From assembly GCA_951406725.2 (NCBI GenBank), contig OX597828.1, forward strand, positions 18,972,001-19,036,000: DNA of 64,000 bases. The letters run 5' to 3'. The DNA is from Octopus vulgaris. Taxonomy: Eukaryota. How positions within the stretch are numbered: the first letter of the stretch is position 1; each line of letters opens with the position of its first letter. The notes below the pieces were generated by a model, which was not told the DNA's origin, did not search any database, and was given only the letters and a program-made list of their open reading frames with translations. The position numbers and the translations under genes were made by a program. Below are positions 13,685-26,030 of this stretch, piece by piece.

Positions 13685-14679
13685 ACCTAGAATGTTCCCC
13701 TCTGAGGCAAAAGTCTGTGCAATGTTGTTTATGGAAGACCAGCAGTTGCCCATGCATACCAGCCTCCTCTCTCCATACCACTGATGTTATCCAAGAGAAA
13801 GGCAAAGGCTGATACAACTTGGCACCAGTGATGTCACAACTCGTTTCTACAGCTGAGTGAACTGGAGCAACAAGAAATAAAGTGTTTTGCTCAAGGACTA
13901 CGACGATAATGGCAGCAACAAAGACAACAATATCACTGACGATGATGAATCCATCAGGCTTCCATATTTTTCCCACCTTTCCAGTTTCACTCCTAAAGTT
14001 TGGATCAAACTGAGACCATGGTAACAAAAAATCAATTCCATGGAGGGTTTGATCCTAGAACCTCACATTTACAAAGCAAATATCTTGACTATTCAACTTT
14101 GTTAATACCATAAAGCACGTAATTTGTTTCTCTCTCTTCTATTTCTCTCTCTGTCTCCCCCTCTCTCTCTCTCTCTTTCTTTCGCCTTCTCCCATCCCTC
14201 ACACCATTCCATCATTCATTATAAAACTTATTGATAGAAATGTTAACCATTAATTAATCTAGAGAATATTTCCTGAATTGAAGAATCTCAAGACACTCTG
14301 ATGTAGCATATATGAATATAGTAGAACTGAACTGAAAGCAACTTGAGTTTAATCAAGTCACATCAAGTATATAGTACTTTTAATTTTAGAACTAATTATA
14401 TAACTGAAGCTACTTAATAAATGCCACTAACACCTTTGTTGTCGAAGAATTAACATTATAAATGAAATAAGCTAATAAAATGTCCACACCATTACAAAAG
14501 GAGAAGAAAAGGAAAAAAATATATAAATATAGTTTATGAAATAGAAAGAGTTGAAACTGGAGAATGGATTTTAGGCCATGAGGAAAGATGAAGAAATATG
14601 GAAGCCGAATATTTAGGAGGCAGAAAGGACCCCTTGTCTGATGCATATGAGTTATATTCCTTACAACAAAAAAAGTCTA

Positions 14680-14857
14680 TCCTGGTTTAGGACAAATGTT
14701 GCTATAATTTAGCCCCAGCAAACATCGTCTCTAGCTGGGTATACGACATGATCTGTGTCCTTATATTTTCGAACAAGAACACAGATCATGTCATATAGCC
14801 AGCTGGAGACGGTGTCTCCTGGGGTTAAATTACAGCAACATTTGTCCTAAACCAGGA
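14680..14857. mobile_element. Palindromic MITE/fold-back (~85-bp arms)
   Basis: TCCTGGTTTAGGACAAATGTTGCT..GACATGATCTGTGT pairs with ACACAGATCATGTC..AGCAACATTTGTCCTAAACCAGGA. Confidence 0.85.
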
Positions 14858-15094
14858 CTGCCATGTTATGTTGGCAAACAATCTTTACTCCAAAAATATC
14901 TATTTCTAATATTGGTTTCAAATTTCGGCACAAGGCCAGCAATTTCGGGGAAGGGGATAAGTCGACTACATCAGCCCCCAATACTCAACTGGTGTTTATT
15001 TTATCGACCCTGAAAGGAGAAAAGTCAAAGTTGACCCTGGCCACATTTGAACTGAGAATGTACAGCATGCTAAAGATTTTATGAACTCCCTGAC

Positions 15095-15318
15095 TTAATC
15101 CTTTGGCTTTTAAACCGGCCATATTTGGCCTACATATTCTGTTCTATGTTCAAACTAGCCAGATCTGGCCTCTCACACCTACCCTACAAAGCCATCCTAA
15201 AATTAAACAATCGCATAATCGAAATCTCAAAGCTAGAAGATAATGTATTATTAATTCAAAACAATGTGAATAAATAAGCATTATATTTGACAGAGTAATC
15301 TGAATGCTGAAGGGTTAA
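15095..15318. mobile_element. TTAA-flanked MITE (second family)
   Basis: TTAATCCTTT...GAAGGGTTAA termini. Related partial copy at ~23937-24105. Confidence 0.6.
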
Positions 15319-15669
15319 ATATATTTCTGATATCGACCCCTGAAAGGATGAACGACTAAGTCAAATGACAGATGAAATGCCACATTTTGCTCAAGAGTTC
15401 TAAAAGTATTGTTGTTGTTGTTGTTGGTGTTGTTTAAGGCAGCAAGCTGGCAGAATTGTTAGCACCCCAGCCAAAATGCTTAGCAGCATTTTGTATGTCT
15501 TTATGTTCTGAGTTCAAATTCTGCCTAGGTTGACTGTGCCCTTCATCCTTTCAGGGTCGATAAAAATAAGTACCAGTTGAATACTGGGGATCGATGTAAG
15601 TGACTTATCCTCTTCCTAAAATTGCTGGCCTTATGCCGAAATTCAAATCCATTAATATTATTATTATTA

Positions 15670-15718
<49 letters not shown>

Positions 15719-15719
<1 letters not shown>

Positions 15720-16030
15720 GACGTCACACAGTATACAATATCATGAGGTTGTTGATTGAAGGTAATAGGTCTACCAGGGGTTTGTACTGTTTGTCGAGTG
15801 ACAACAAGGACCTCAGACAGAGAGTACTTTACACAGGTAATGCCGACTTTTGCAATACATCTAGATTGTAGGGTATCCCTAAGGTTCTCAGATGTCGTTT
15901 CAGATTGGGTGATATTGAACTCAATGCTCCGATGACAATAGGGATAACCTTTATGTTGGACTCTCGTAGCTGCCACATCTTAGCAATCTCAATCTTCAGG
16001 TCTCCATATTTATCAACTTTTTCTATCAGT
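15719..16030 (-). mobile_element. R4/Dong-like non-LTR retrotransposon 3' end (restriction-like endonuclease C-terminus plus 3'UTR)
   Basis: EKVDKYGDLKIEIAKMWQ..KVIPIVIGALSSI..LQKSAL matches the EKxxKY..V(I)P(I/V)VIGALG..LQK pattern of R4-clade RLE domains. The 3' end abuts (TAA)n. Confidence 0.85.
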
Positions 16031-17150
16031 ATCATCATCATCATCGTCGTCGTCGTTATTATCATGGTGGCAAGCTGGCAGAATTGTTAGACTGAAAGAA
16101 GTCTATCATATATGTATAAGTGTATGTATCTATGTGTGTCTCTTTAAGTATGTGTTTGTCCTCCACCACTGCCTGCCAACAGGTGTTGGTTTATTTATGT
16201 TCCCATATCTTGGTGGTTCGGTAAAAAAGAGAGTGATAGAATAAGCACTGGGGGTCGATTTGTTCAACTAAATGCTTCAAGGCAGCGCTCCAGCATGGCC
16301 ACAGTCACGGTGGAAAAAGAATGAAAGGAAAAAATGAATCACAGGTGCTGATCTTTCCTCCCTCACTAAGAGGTATAAAGGAAAAAAGAAATTTGCATAA
16401 ATACAAACACGACTTTGCTTTATTCAGCTTGTCAGGTTAGGTTGATTATAGGTTCAGTTCTTTACTTCACAGTTGAATGGTTAAGCAATTGGAGAGAAAG
16501 AAAAAAGGCACCCAACTGGAAAAGGTAGGGGGGAAAAAAAAATAAAACAAACAGAAGAGAAAAAAAAAAAGCAAACCTAAAAAAATAACTAAACAAAAAT
16601 CAACAACTTATACAATGTAACAACAACAGTATAAGTTAATGCATAAAATTTTATGTAAGCCATCCTATTCATGATAGCAAGGTAAAATGGAATATATTAA
16701 CATGAGGGGGTGGAAGAAGGGGGAGGGGAGAAAAACTGAACTAAAAAAAAAAGATAAAAATGATATAAAAAAACAAACAAACAAAAAAGTGTGGGGTTAG
16801 GGTTGGAGAGTAAGCCTCTGCTAGTGAGGAGGTAACTCTATGAGAACAACACCTCACCGAAACAATTACGGATTTCTAACCAGAATCTTATGATTAATCG
16901 CTTTCTTTGCAGTCGTGGAGTGGTGGACGGGGTGGGGGTGGATCAGGTGTTGAGTTGTCGGGTGTTGTTACATTCTAAATTGTACTTTATCTAAATAAGT
17001 ACAAATTAATTGCTATCTCTTTCGCAAATGATTATTCTTCTAAACTCTAACGTGTCTTGAAAGCTCTTTAACCTTTAATGGTCTGACAAATCTTTGCTTC
17101 AGGATGGGGATGCCATGTTTTTTTCTTTCCTTTCTTGTTCATTTTTTTTA

Positions 17151-17181
<31 letters not shown>

Positions 17182-17414
17182 GGGGGGGGGGGTTTCGTTG
17201 TTTTTATGTCTTCTTTTCTTCTTTTCCTGTTTTTACTCCTCTGTCTTACTTTCTCTCCATGTCATTCGACTCTAACTAAATATCGTTCAATTCATCTTAG
17301 CAGTTGTTGCTTTCGCTGTAAATCTATTCATCTTTTCATCGCGTCTACTTCTTCACAGTTGTGGATTTAGGGTTCAGCAAATTTCTCATCGCTGTCATCA
17401 TCCTTGTCATCATC

Positions 17415-17464
<50 letters not shown>

Positions 17465-17554
17465 TATCGCTGTTGTTTTTCTTTAACCCTGGCTCAGCTC
17501 TCATTTAGTACACTTATGATCAAAAACATTACCACCTTGATCCAGACATGTCCA

Positions 17555-17904
17555 ACCAACCACATGGTTCCGGGTTCAGTCCCACTGCATGGCATCTTGG
17601 GCAAGTGTCTTCTGCTATAGCCCCGGGCTGACCAATGCCTTGTGAGTGGATTTGGTAGACGGAAACTGAAACAAGCCTGTCGTATATATGTATGTGTGTG
17701 TCTGTGTTTGTTCCCCTAGCATTGCTTGACAACCGATGCTGGTGTGTTTACGTCCCCGTCACTTAGCAGTTCGGCAAAAGAGACCGATAGAATAAGTACT
17801 GGGCTTACAAAGAATAAGTCCTGGGGTTGATTTGCTCGACTAAAGGCGGTGCTCCAGCATGGCCGCAGTCAAATGACTGAAACAAGTAAAAGAGAAAAGA
17901 GAGA
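17555..17904 (+). mobile_element. Family A SINE
   Basis: Same sequence as 5660-6076 in the opposite orientation, slightly 5'-truncated. Confidence 0.9.
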
Positions 17905-19310
17905 GATATCATCATCATTATCATCATCATCATCATTATTATTAGCATCATCATTCAACGTCCACTTTTCTATGATGGCATGGGTTGGACGGTTTCACTG
18001 AAGCTTACCAGCAGAAGGGCTGTTCAGGCTCCAATCATCTGTTTTGGCATGGTTTCAATGACCAGATGCTCTCCTTAATGCCAGCCACTTAACAGAGTGT
18101 ACTGTGTGCTTTTATGCAGCACTGGCATGGGTGCTTGTTACATGGCACCAGCGCTTACAAGACATGTGTCTTGTAAGGCTGACCAAAGTCTTGTGAGTGG
18201 ATTTGATAGACGGAAACCGAAAGAAACCCGTCACATATATATATGTGTGTGTGTGTGTGTGAATGTGTATATCTGTGTGTATGTGTTTGTGTCTGTGTTT
18301 GTCCCTCCATCACTGCTTGACAACCACTTGACTTAGCAGTTCAACAAAAAAGACCAATAGAATAAGCACTAGGCTTTACAAAAGATAAAAATTCTCGGGG
18401 TCAATATGTTCAACTAAAATTCTTGAAGTGGTGTTCACAGTCTAATTTCTTACAGTGAATAAAAGAATATATTTCTTTACTACCCACAAGGGGCTAAACA
18501 TAGAGGGGACAAACAAGGACAGACAAACGGATTAAGTCAATTACATCGACCCCAATGCATAACTGGTACTTAATTTATTGACACCGAAAGGATGAAAGGC
18601 AAAGTCGACCTCGGCGGAATTTGAACTCAGAACGTAGCAGCAGACGAAGGGCAGATAGATGATGGATGGACGGATGGACGGACGGACGGACGGACGTATG
18701 GATGGATAGGCAGACAGACAGACAGATATATAGACTGATAGAAAGATAGATATGTAGGGAGGTATTTACTATTGCATAAATTGCAGTTATATATGAGTAA
18801 CAGCCCTAATTTTGAGCTAAATCTTGGTGCACAATGTTTTCTCTTCATATTCAAACTTGATATCGGGTTTGCCCTGTGTCTAAGATACAACCCAGTTTTT
18901 TTTTACAGTAAAAATCATATATAAAATCATGTGACATATATACAACTAAACACATACATACATATATACATACATAATGCACACACACATACATACATAC
19001 ATAGCGGTAATGTATCTGGAAGTCCATTATTCAGTTTCTTTCTAATTCTGTTTTGATGACGCAGTGTGATTTTGATGGAGATTTAATTGCTATGTCTAGC
19101 AAGTTGAGCAAGGATGTAGGCACTTCCTCTTTAGCTAGTTCTATCTGTATGTGTGTATGCATAGCTGTGTATGTGTGTGTGTGTGAATGTGTGTGTGTGT
19201 GTGTGTGCATGTTGGTGTGTGTATGGGTATGTCTTTGTGTGCGTGCTTGTTTGTGTATATAAGCTTTTGGTCCCTGAGTCACTCTGTAACTTCTGTCAAC
19301 TTATAATTAA

Positions 19311-19351
<41 letters not shown>

Positions 19352-19390
19352 TAATGCTTTGAGTTCTGTTTTCCTGTTTGTATCGTCAGA

Positions 19391-19428
<38 letters not shown>

Positions 19429-19891
19429 TTTTTTCTTCTCTTCTACGTCATTTATGAAGTAACCGGAAGAGCATCCAACCAAGGAAAAGTCTGCCTCAAT
19501 GAACTTCCACAGGTTCATGCCAGCATGGAAAAGTGGACATTAAAATGCTGATGATGATAATGTGCATGTGTGTGTGTATATGCATGCTTGTGTGTGTGTG
19601 CTTGTATGTGTGTGTGTGTGTGTGTGTGTATGTGTGTGTGTATATATTTTAATTATGTTCCACTCCAATTTTGATCATGTCGCTGATCCACAACTTGGAC
19701 GCTCATAAAATTAATTTAATTTTTCTCCACAAATACATTAATGTCAGTTTATTTTTGCTATTTACAAACACACGTGTACACACACACACACACACACACA
19801 AACACAAACTATATTTTGTCACCTGTATTCATTGACCGTTTCCTACACACTCAGAATTATGATCATAACACACTCACATGCTCTCTTTCTT

Positions 19892-19922
<31 letters not shown>

Positions 19923-20192
19923 TACACATGCCATACACACACAGTTATGTAAACTACTTCATGGAAAGGCAACTTGATGTGTTATGAGAAATATAAACAT
20001 TTATATGCATAAAGATAATTAGATATTATATAGAGCTTGTATAGAGTATACTGAAATTGTCAGCTGTCAACAGGAGATCTACAACCCTGTGGTTTAGGGT
20101 GCAGTCCCACTGCATGACACATTGCATGTGTGTCTTCTGATATCATTTTATGCCATGCAGCAAATACCTTATGAAAGAATTTGATAGATAGA

Positions 20193-20412
20193 AACTGGCA
20201 GAAATGTTAGCACGGCGAGTGAAATGCTTAGCTGTATTTTGTCTGCTGTTATGTTCTGAGTTCAAATTCCACCAAGGTTGACTTTGCCTTTCATCCTTTC
20301 GGGGTCAATAAATTAAGTACCAGTTACACACTGGGGTTAATGTAATGGACTTAATCCCTTTGTCCTTGTTTGTCCCCTCTATGTTGCCCTCTTGTGGGCA
20401 ATAAAGAAATAA
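20193..20412 (+). mobile_element. Family B SINE
   Basis: CTGGCAGAAATGTTAGC..GAGTTCAAATTCC..TTTGCCTTTCATCCTTTCGGGGTC..AATAAAGAAAT. Confidence 0.9.
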
Positions 20413-20443
20413 GAAACTGTATAAAGTCCATCATATCTATATT

Positions 20444-20482
<39 letters not shown>

Positions 20483-20525
20483 TGAATGAAAGACAGAAGA
20501 GGAAATATGCAAGAACTTATTATTA

Positions 20526-20631
20526 ATCACAACAATTGTTTCAGCACATTTAGCATCGATCCCTCACAGGTAGGACACTCAACAACTAGTGCAGGAGCAT
20601 CCGATGGTGCAGATGTGTCTCATCGAATGAT
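20526..20631 (-). ncRNA. Degenerate hammerhead ribozyme with long stem II (Penelope-type)
   Basis: Minus strand ATCAT-TCGATGA-GACACAT...ATGTGCT-GAAAC-AATT-GTT-GTGAT. Palindromic stem III; the core deviates from CTGATGA. Confidence 0.55.
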
Positions 20632-20734
20632 ACATAGACAGAACCCATTTAAAATAACAGTCCCACAATGTATCTTCTCATTTCGAAGAAAGGAAAGCAG
20701 CAAATTAAAGGAAATATCTTCATTTACATACACC

Positions 20735-20952
20735 AATCGATCGTGGCCGTTGCCAGCTTCCTCTGGCCCCTGTTCCAGGGGCATATAAAAAGCACCCACT
20801 ACACTCAAGGAGTGGTTGGTGTTAGGAAGGGCATCCAGCTGTAGAAACACTGCCAGATCAGACTGGAGCCTGGTGCAGCCTCCTGGCTTCCTAGACCCCG
20901 ATCAAACCGTCAAACCCATGCTAGCATGGAAAACGGACGTTAAACGATGATG
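20735..20952 (+). mobile_element. Non-autonomous retroelement (family D, GATGAT tail)
   Basis: TTAGGAAGGGCATCCAGCTGTAGAAAC..CCATGCTAGCATGGAAAACGGACGTTAAACGATGATGA. Other copies at ~33785-34110, 54420-55070 and 57970-58480. Confidence 0.8.
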
Positions 20953-21035
20953 ACAATTTCAATACTAATAATAAGGATTATTATGAAGTGGCATAGTATT
21001 ACCTTTAATTCCTTTTTATATATACAGCTTTACAT

Positions 21036-21121
21036 AGACCTACACATGTTTCAATTGCATTCATTAGTAATCGTTGCAGTTGCAAACCTACTATAATACC
21101 AGTGCAGTTTCTTCAGGGTCT
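21036..21121 (-). ncRNA. Minimal type I hammerhead ribozyme, intact core
   Basis: Minus strand AGACC-CTGAAGA-AACTGCA...TGCAATT-GAAAC-ATGT-GTA-GGTCT: 5-bp stem I, CUGANGA, stem II, GAAA, short stem III, GUA cleavage triplet. Confidence 0.85.
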
Positions 21122-21296
21122 TCACTTTAATATCGTTTGATTTAACTATTTAAAGTTTTTCGTTTATCTACTCTGCATTGTATGATGTGGAGTTGTTCAT
21201 TAATTTAGATTCAAACTATCTTCAATTCAAATTTTGATTGGATAATCACTCATAGCTTGTTATTTCAAAACTTTCTGCTGTTTAGATGTTTATTAC

Positions 21297-21720
21297 TCAT
21301 TTATTCTGAGCAAAAGTAAATTCTCTCATGTGCAAGCATCTCAAAGCTTGTTCCTGTCTAGAGCTTATTATATTACCATTAGATGTAAAAATTTGGTAAA
21401 ATTCTTCTAAACATATATCACATTTATTAGTTCCAGGTCTGTATGTTTCTGCAGTACTAATTAATTCCCAATTAATGGTATAGTCATTGTTTCTGTCTTT
21501 AATAGACGAGACTAATTTACTTAGACTTGTTTGAAATCTTTTATTTCTATTTCTGAATGAACTTCAGTGATTAGCCAGTCTCTTTTTGAAACTTAGTCCA
21601 GTTGCACTGATGTAAAAGTATTCATTTCCCTCAGATGTAACTTTTACATCTATATATTACATTTTTAATTTTACATTTATTATTCACTTAACATAGTCCC
21701 ATTTAGAACAATTGCAGAGA
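21297..21720 (-). pseudogene. Penelope-like element GIY-YIG endonuclease remnant (frameshift and stops)
   Basis: CNC..NVIYRCK/VTSEGNEYFYISATGLSFKKRLANH*SSF..TSLSK..INWELI..Y..KCDICLEE..RCLH, stop at 21297. An HHR-bearing terminal repeat lies downstream. Confidence 0.85.
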
Positions 21721-21890
21721 TAATATTTTATATTTCTCTCAGATTTAGCATTAATTTAATCATTCATGGTAAAATCAAATTCATTTCTGCCAAGTTCTTT
21801 ATTGCTATTTACTCTCTCATATAACGATATCTTTGTCCTATTTCCAGCTGAATTTTTATTCAAGTCTATGTTTTATATATATATATATAT

Positions 21891-22083
21891 AGTGAGAATT
21901 TATGAAAAAACAAAAGACAGAGATGGGTGTTTAAACAACAAACAGATGAATTAGTTTAACGCTCGAGAAGTAAGAAAGTCTTTTATGTTTCAAGCCTACG
22001 GTCTTCAACAGAAAGGAGGACAGAAATAAACAGAGAGAGAAAATTAAGAAGGTTTAGTGGCTAGTGATCTATCATGGCGACTC
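21891..22083 (-). mobile_element. Short Penelope-type repeat between TA tracts, HHR-like motif
   Basis: Minus strand TTT-CTGTTGA-AGACCGTAGGCTT-GAAAC-ATA-AAA. A homologous, more decayed copy lies at 52855-53035 (+). Confidence 0.55.
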
Positions 22084-23384
22084 ATATATATATATATATA
22101 TATATAATTATAACATTAATAATCCATTCTACTAAAAGTACAAGAACTGAAATTTGGTGGGAGAAGACAGTTGCTTACATCAGCTGCATGATCATAAAAT
22201 TGCAGTTTTGATTCCTGGACCAGGCAATGCATTGTGTTCTTGAGTAAAACAATTCATTTCACTTTGCCTTAGTCCACTCAGCTGGCAAAAATGAGTAATC
22301 CTGTGACTGACCAGTGTCCAGTCTAGGTGGGGGAATTGATATTCCATGGAAACCAGGAAACTGGCCCTTATTAGTCAGCATGACTTGAAAAGGTAACTTC
22401 TGTTTTTTTACTCAGCTGTTGATGGGTGACCCTACACTGGACTGGCATTCCATTCCGGGAAAGTGCTGGCCTGCTCACCTAGCTAGTAGGGTTGCATCAT
22501 TTGAAAGCTACAGCAGTGTTAGGAAGTGCACTGTGACTAGCAGTGTGTAACTACATCTGTTAATCTGGTTGATACAGTGATGTGTGTGTGAGAGGTTTTG
22601 CTTTTATTTGTCCTATGAAGTGTCCTATATGTATCTACACTGTATGTCACTGTGTTTGTGTGTGAGTGCATGTGTATATGAGTATGTGTGTGTTTGTGTA
22701 TGTGTGCAGGCATGTGTGCGTGTGTTGCAATGTGGGATTAGATGGTAGCGTTTAAGGCAGCCATTAATTAAACATACATTGTTTACTATTTATCTAATTG
22801 GTCAGATCCAATGGATTCAAATTATAGTGAATGAATTGGAATAATTATCTTTCCCATAATTAGTCCATCCTTCTGTGTTCATAGTTCAAATTCTGCCTGG
22901 ATCATATTTGTATTTAATTAACTGGATAAAGACCAATAATCGTCAGGGTTGGGCTTGGCTGGGTTGGGTTGGCCATAGAATAAAGTCAAACTAATCAACT
23001 TTACTGCATTCCTTCCACAAATATTTGTGCTGAGACAAATATTTACATTTTCCCATAAAAGTCATTTCCTGCAATTTTGAGGTGATTGGAATGCCATTGC
23101 TGTTGTTGTTGTTGTTATTGTGTTGTTGTTGTGTAGCCCCAGGTCAGCTTAGATTAGATCGAGCAAGCCTCTGACCTCATGAAAGGCATTCCAAATCCTT
23201 ATACAAATTATGAGATTTAAAAAAAAAAATTATGGAATCCTTTTATGATTTAAAGGTGTCATAGAACCCTTATAGAATTTCCAAAAAATTTTTGGGAACA
23301 ATCACAGAATCACAGAAACAATATTTAAATTTTACAAAAAAAAAAGAAATGTCATTACTTTAATTCTAACCCTCTTGTTACCGT

Positions 23385-23735
23385 TCTTTTATTCTTTTAT
23401 TTGTTCCAGTCATTTGGCTGCAGCCATGCTGGAGCACCACCCTTAGTCGAGCAAATCGACCCCAGGACTTATGCTCTGTAAGCCTAGTACTTATTCTATT
23501 GGTCTCTTTTGCCGAACCACTAAGTTACGAGGGCATAAACACACCAGCATTGATTGTCAATATATATATATATACATCAGGCTTCTTTCAGTTTCCATCT
23601 ACCAAATCCACTCACAAGGCTTTGGTCAGCCCAAGGCCATAGTAGAAGACACTTGCCCAAGGTGCCACGCAGTGGGACTGAACCCAGAACCATGTGGTTG
23701 GTAAGCAAGCTACTTACCATAGAGCCACTCCTGCA
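23385..23735 (-). mobile_element. Family A SINE inserted in a TTAA MITE
   Basis: Family A sequence. The MITE left end TAACCCTCTTGTTACC precedes it and the MITE body follows. Confidence 0.85.
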
Positions 23736-24943
23736 CCATATTTAAGTTTGTTTCAATTAATTTTTGAAAATTATGAAGAATTCAGAAAAATTGCTTTTTT
23801 GTTATTATGCTGGTATTCAGGATATAAATGCAAAATGGAATTTTGACGGAAGGTTTTAATTTAGACCACTTTAAATCAAGAAACTTGTATCATAGATCCA
23901 AGGAGCAGTCCCAGGCCGGTCAGTATCAAAAGGCTTTAAACCCTTAGCCTTGAAACTAGGTATATCCAACCAAAATATTCAACCTGTTTTACATTCAGAC
24001 CAACCAGATCTGACCTCTTACACTTACCCTACAATGCCATTCTAAAAATAATCAATCATACCATAGAAATCTTGTAGCTTTGAGATATTGCATGATTAAT
24101 TCAATTAAGACACTAAATGAAATAAAAGATTTTGGGGAGAAAGAATTTTTTTCACGTCCCTTTATCATATTTTAACTTCTCAATACCTGGCATAAATCCA
24201 CTTCCACTCCCAAATACTCTCCCCCCCACTTAGGGATGGGGTCTTTAACCCTCTTCTTTTCCTACCTTGCAACTTATTTTGTGACTTCACTAGTGCCTGT
24301 GGCATGAAATAAAGCACCTGGTTACATACTGTAAAGTAGTTGGCATTAGGGAGTTGGCATCTAGCTGTAGAAACCATCTCAAAGCTGATAGTGGAGCTCA
24401 ACACAGCCCTGCGACTTGCCACATCCTATCAAACTGGCCAACCTATGATAGCTTGGAAAAAGGATGTTAAATAATGATAACGTCAACGACATTGACTTAT
24501 TACTCTAAAACTGATGGTAAATTCCATTGTTTAAATATATTTTTAAACCCCAGAAAAAATTTTCTCACAGAACCCATTTTGGGGAAAACCTGATCCAATA
24601 TATTCTTCCTCATTTAAGATGGCTGGGAGTGATTTGAAGGGAAGAAATTGGTTGATAATTCCTAACTTTTTGAGTTCCCTTATTTGTTTATTTAGGGAGT
24701 GGGCATATGTATTTGTAGGGCATGTATTTTCTATGCTGAAGTAGAGATTAATATTCTGTTTGCCAGAAACATAATATTCAACTTCATTTAACAGCACCCT
24801 AACATTTCTACTCTTTTGTTCTCTCTTATCTCATAACGCTAACACAGACCACCATTCTTGTGTTTATATCATCGCTGTAATATTTCCAGAAAGTTTTGTT
24901 ATCATAGTCTCAGAAAATTCAGTGATATTTTCTTAGAAAGTTC

Positions 24944-25324
24944 TTTTCAATAGAATATCTTCTCTCCAAATTGTACCATTTCCTGTGTCTCCTCGGCCTT
25001 TGTGTGTTGTATAAATATTTACTGATAGAATTAACTGTCTATTTTGTCACAAGAATTTAATCACACTCTCTCCTTCTCTTTACCCATTCCTTCATTGTAC
25101 TTCCAGCATGTAGCAGTTTGCTTTGTCTTCATCTTCAGTCAGCATAACTTGATCCTATGATCCGTACACAATACATGCCCATCAAGTCTGTACCATTGCA
25201 GTCTCGTATCTTATATACACCAATCAATACTTATGACAACCAATCACATTCTCAATTCATTGTATTTATTAGATCTGTCTCTTCAGTTCACAATATTTAT
25301 CCAACACCCATAAACAGCTCATTC
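24944..25324 (-). mobile_element. Decayed RTE-like LINE 3' fragment, copy 2
   Basis: Near-identical to 11698-12215 but without the (TA)n expansion. Confidence 0.55.
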
Positions 25325-25583
25325 GTTTTTCTTTCTCTTTTTTTTTTTTCTTCAGTAAGAAAGCCTCTAAAATCTCTAATCATCTAACATTTTATCTGAT
25401 ATCCTATTATTCAATTGTCATAACTATAAGCCTATCTGCTTTGTTGTTGATTGCATTGATACTGTCGTCCTCCTAAGCTAATTTATCTACGAGAGTGAGA
25501 GGAAAATATTGTTTCCCTCTGTTTGCTAGTTTGCTTAACATCTGCTTTTCCATGCTACTATGAGTCGGATGGAGACTTCTTTC

Positions 25584-26030
25584 CAGGACTGTGGAGTCAA
25601 AACAAAAGACCTCGACTCCGACTCTGGCTCCAGCTCCTGTACTATTGGCACTTCTGCCTCCGATTCCGAGTCCAACTCTGGCTCTTCTTTATGTAATTAA
25701 GTGATTGTAGTCTACATTTTTCATAAAGCATATGCATACACTTGTACTGTGAGTAGGTCTGTATGTTATAACTGGATTATATTAAAGAAGAAAGATATTG
25801 TGAGTCGGAATCAGAGTTGGTATAGTTTTACTGCCTCTGACTCCGATTCCAGCTAACCCTTAATTGCTTCCAACTCCAACTCTGACTCCATTACTCCGAC
25901 TCCACGACTCCGACACCATGATTCCGACTCCACGATTCCAACTCCATGACTCCAACTCCACAACTCCAACTCCATGACCCCGACTCCATGGCCCCAACTC
26001 CACGACTCTGACTCCAACTCCACAGCCTTG
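25584..26030. mobile_element. hAT-like MITE with GACTCC subterminal repeats
   Basis: TIRs CAGGACTGTGGAGT / ACTCCACAGCCTTG and an internal (G/A)ACTCC array. Interrupts a family D element; no clean 8-bp TSD. Confidence 0.65.

Noticed and set aside
16469-16483. 15-mer ACAGTTGAATGGTTA also present, reverse-complemented, at 61683-61697
   Set aside because: One 15-bp match is not unexpected in AT-rich sequence of this size, and it does not extend.
16793-16804. Telomeric TTAGGG
   Set aside because: A single unit, not an array.
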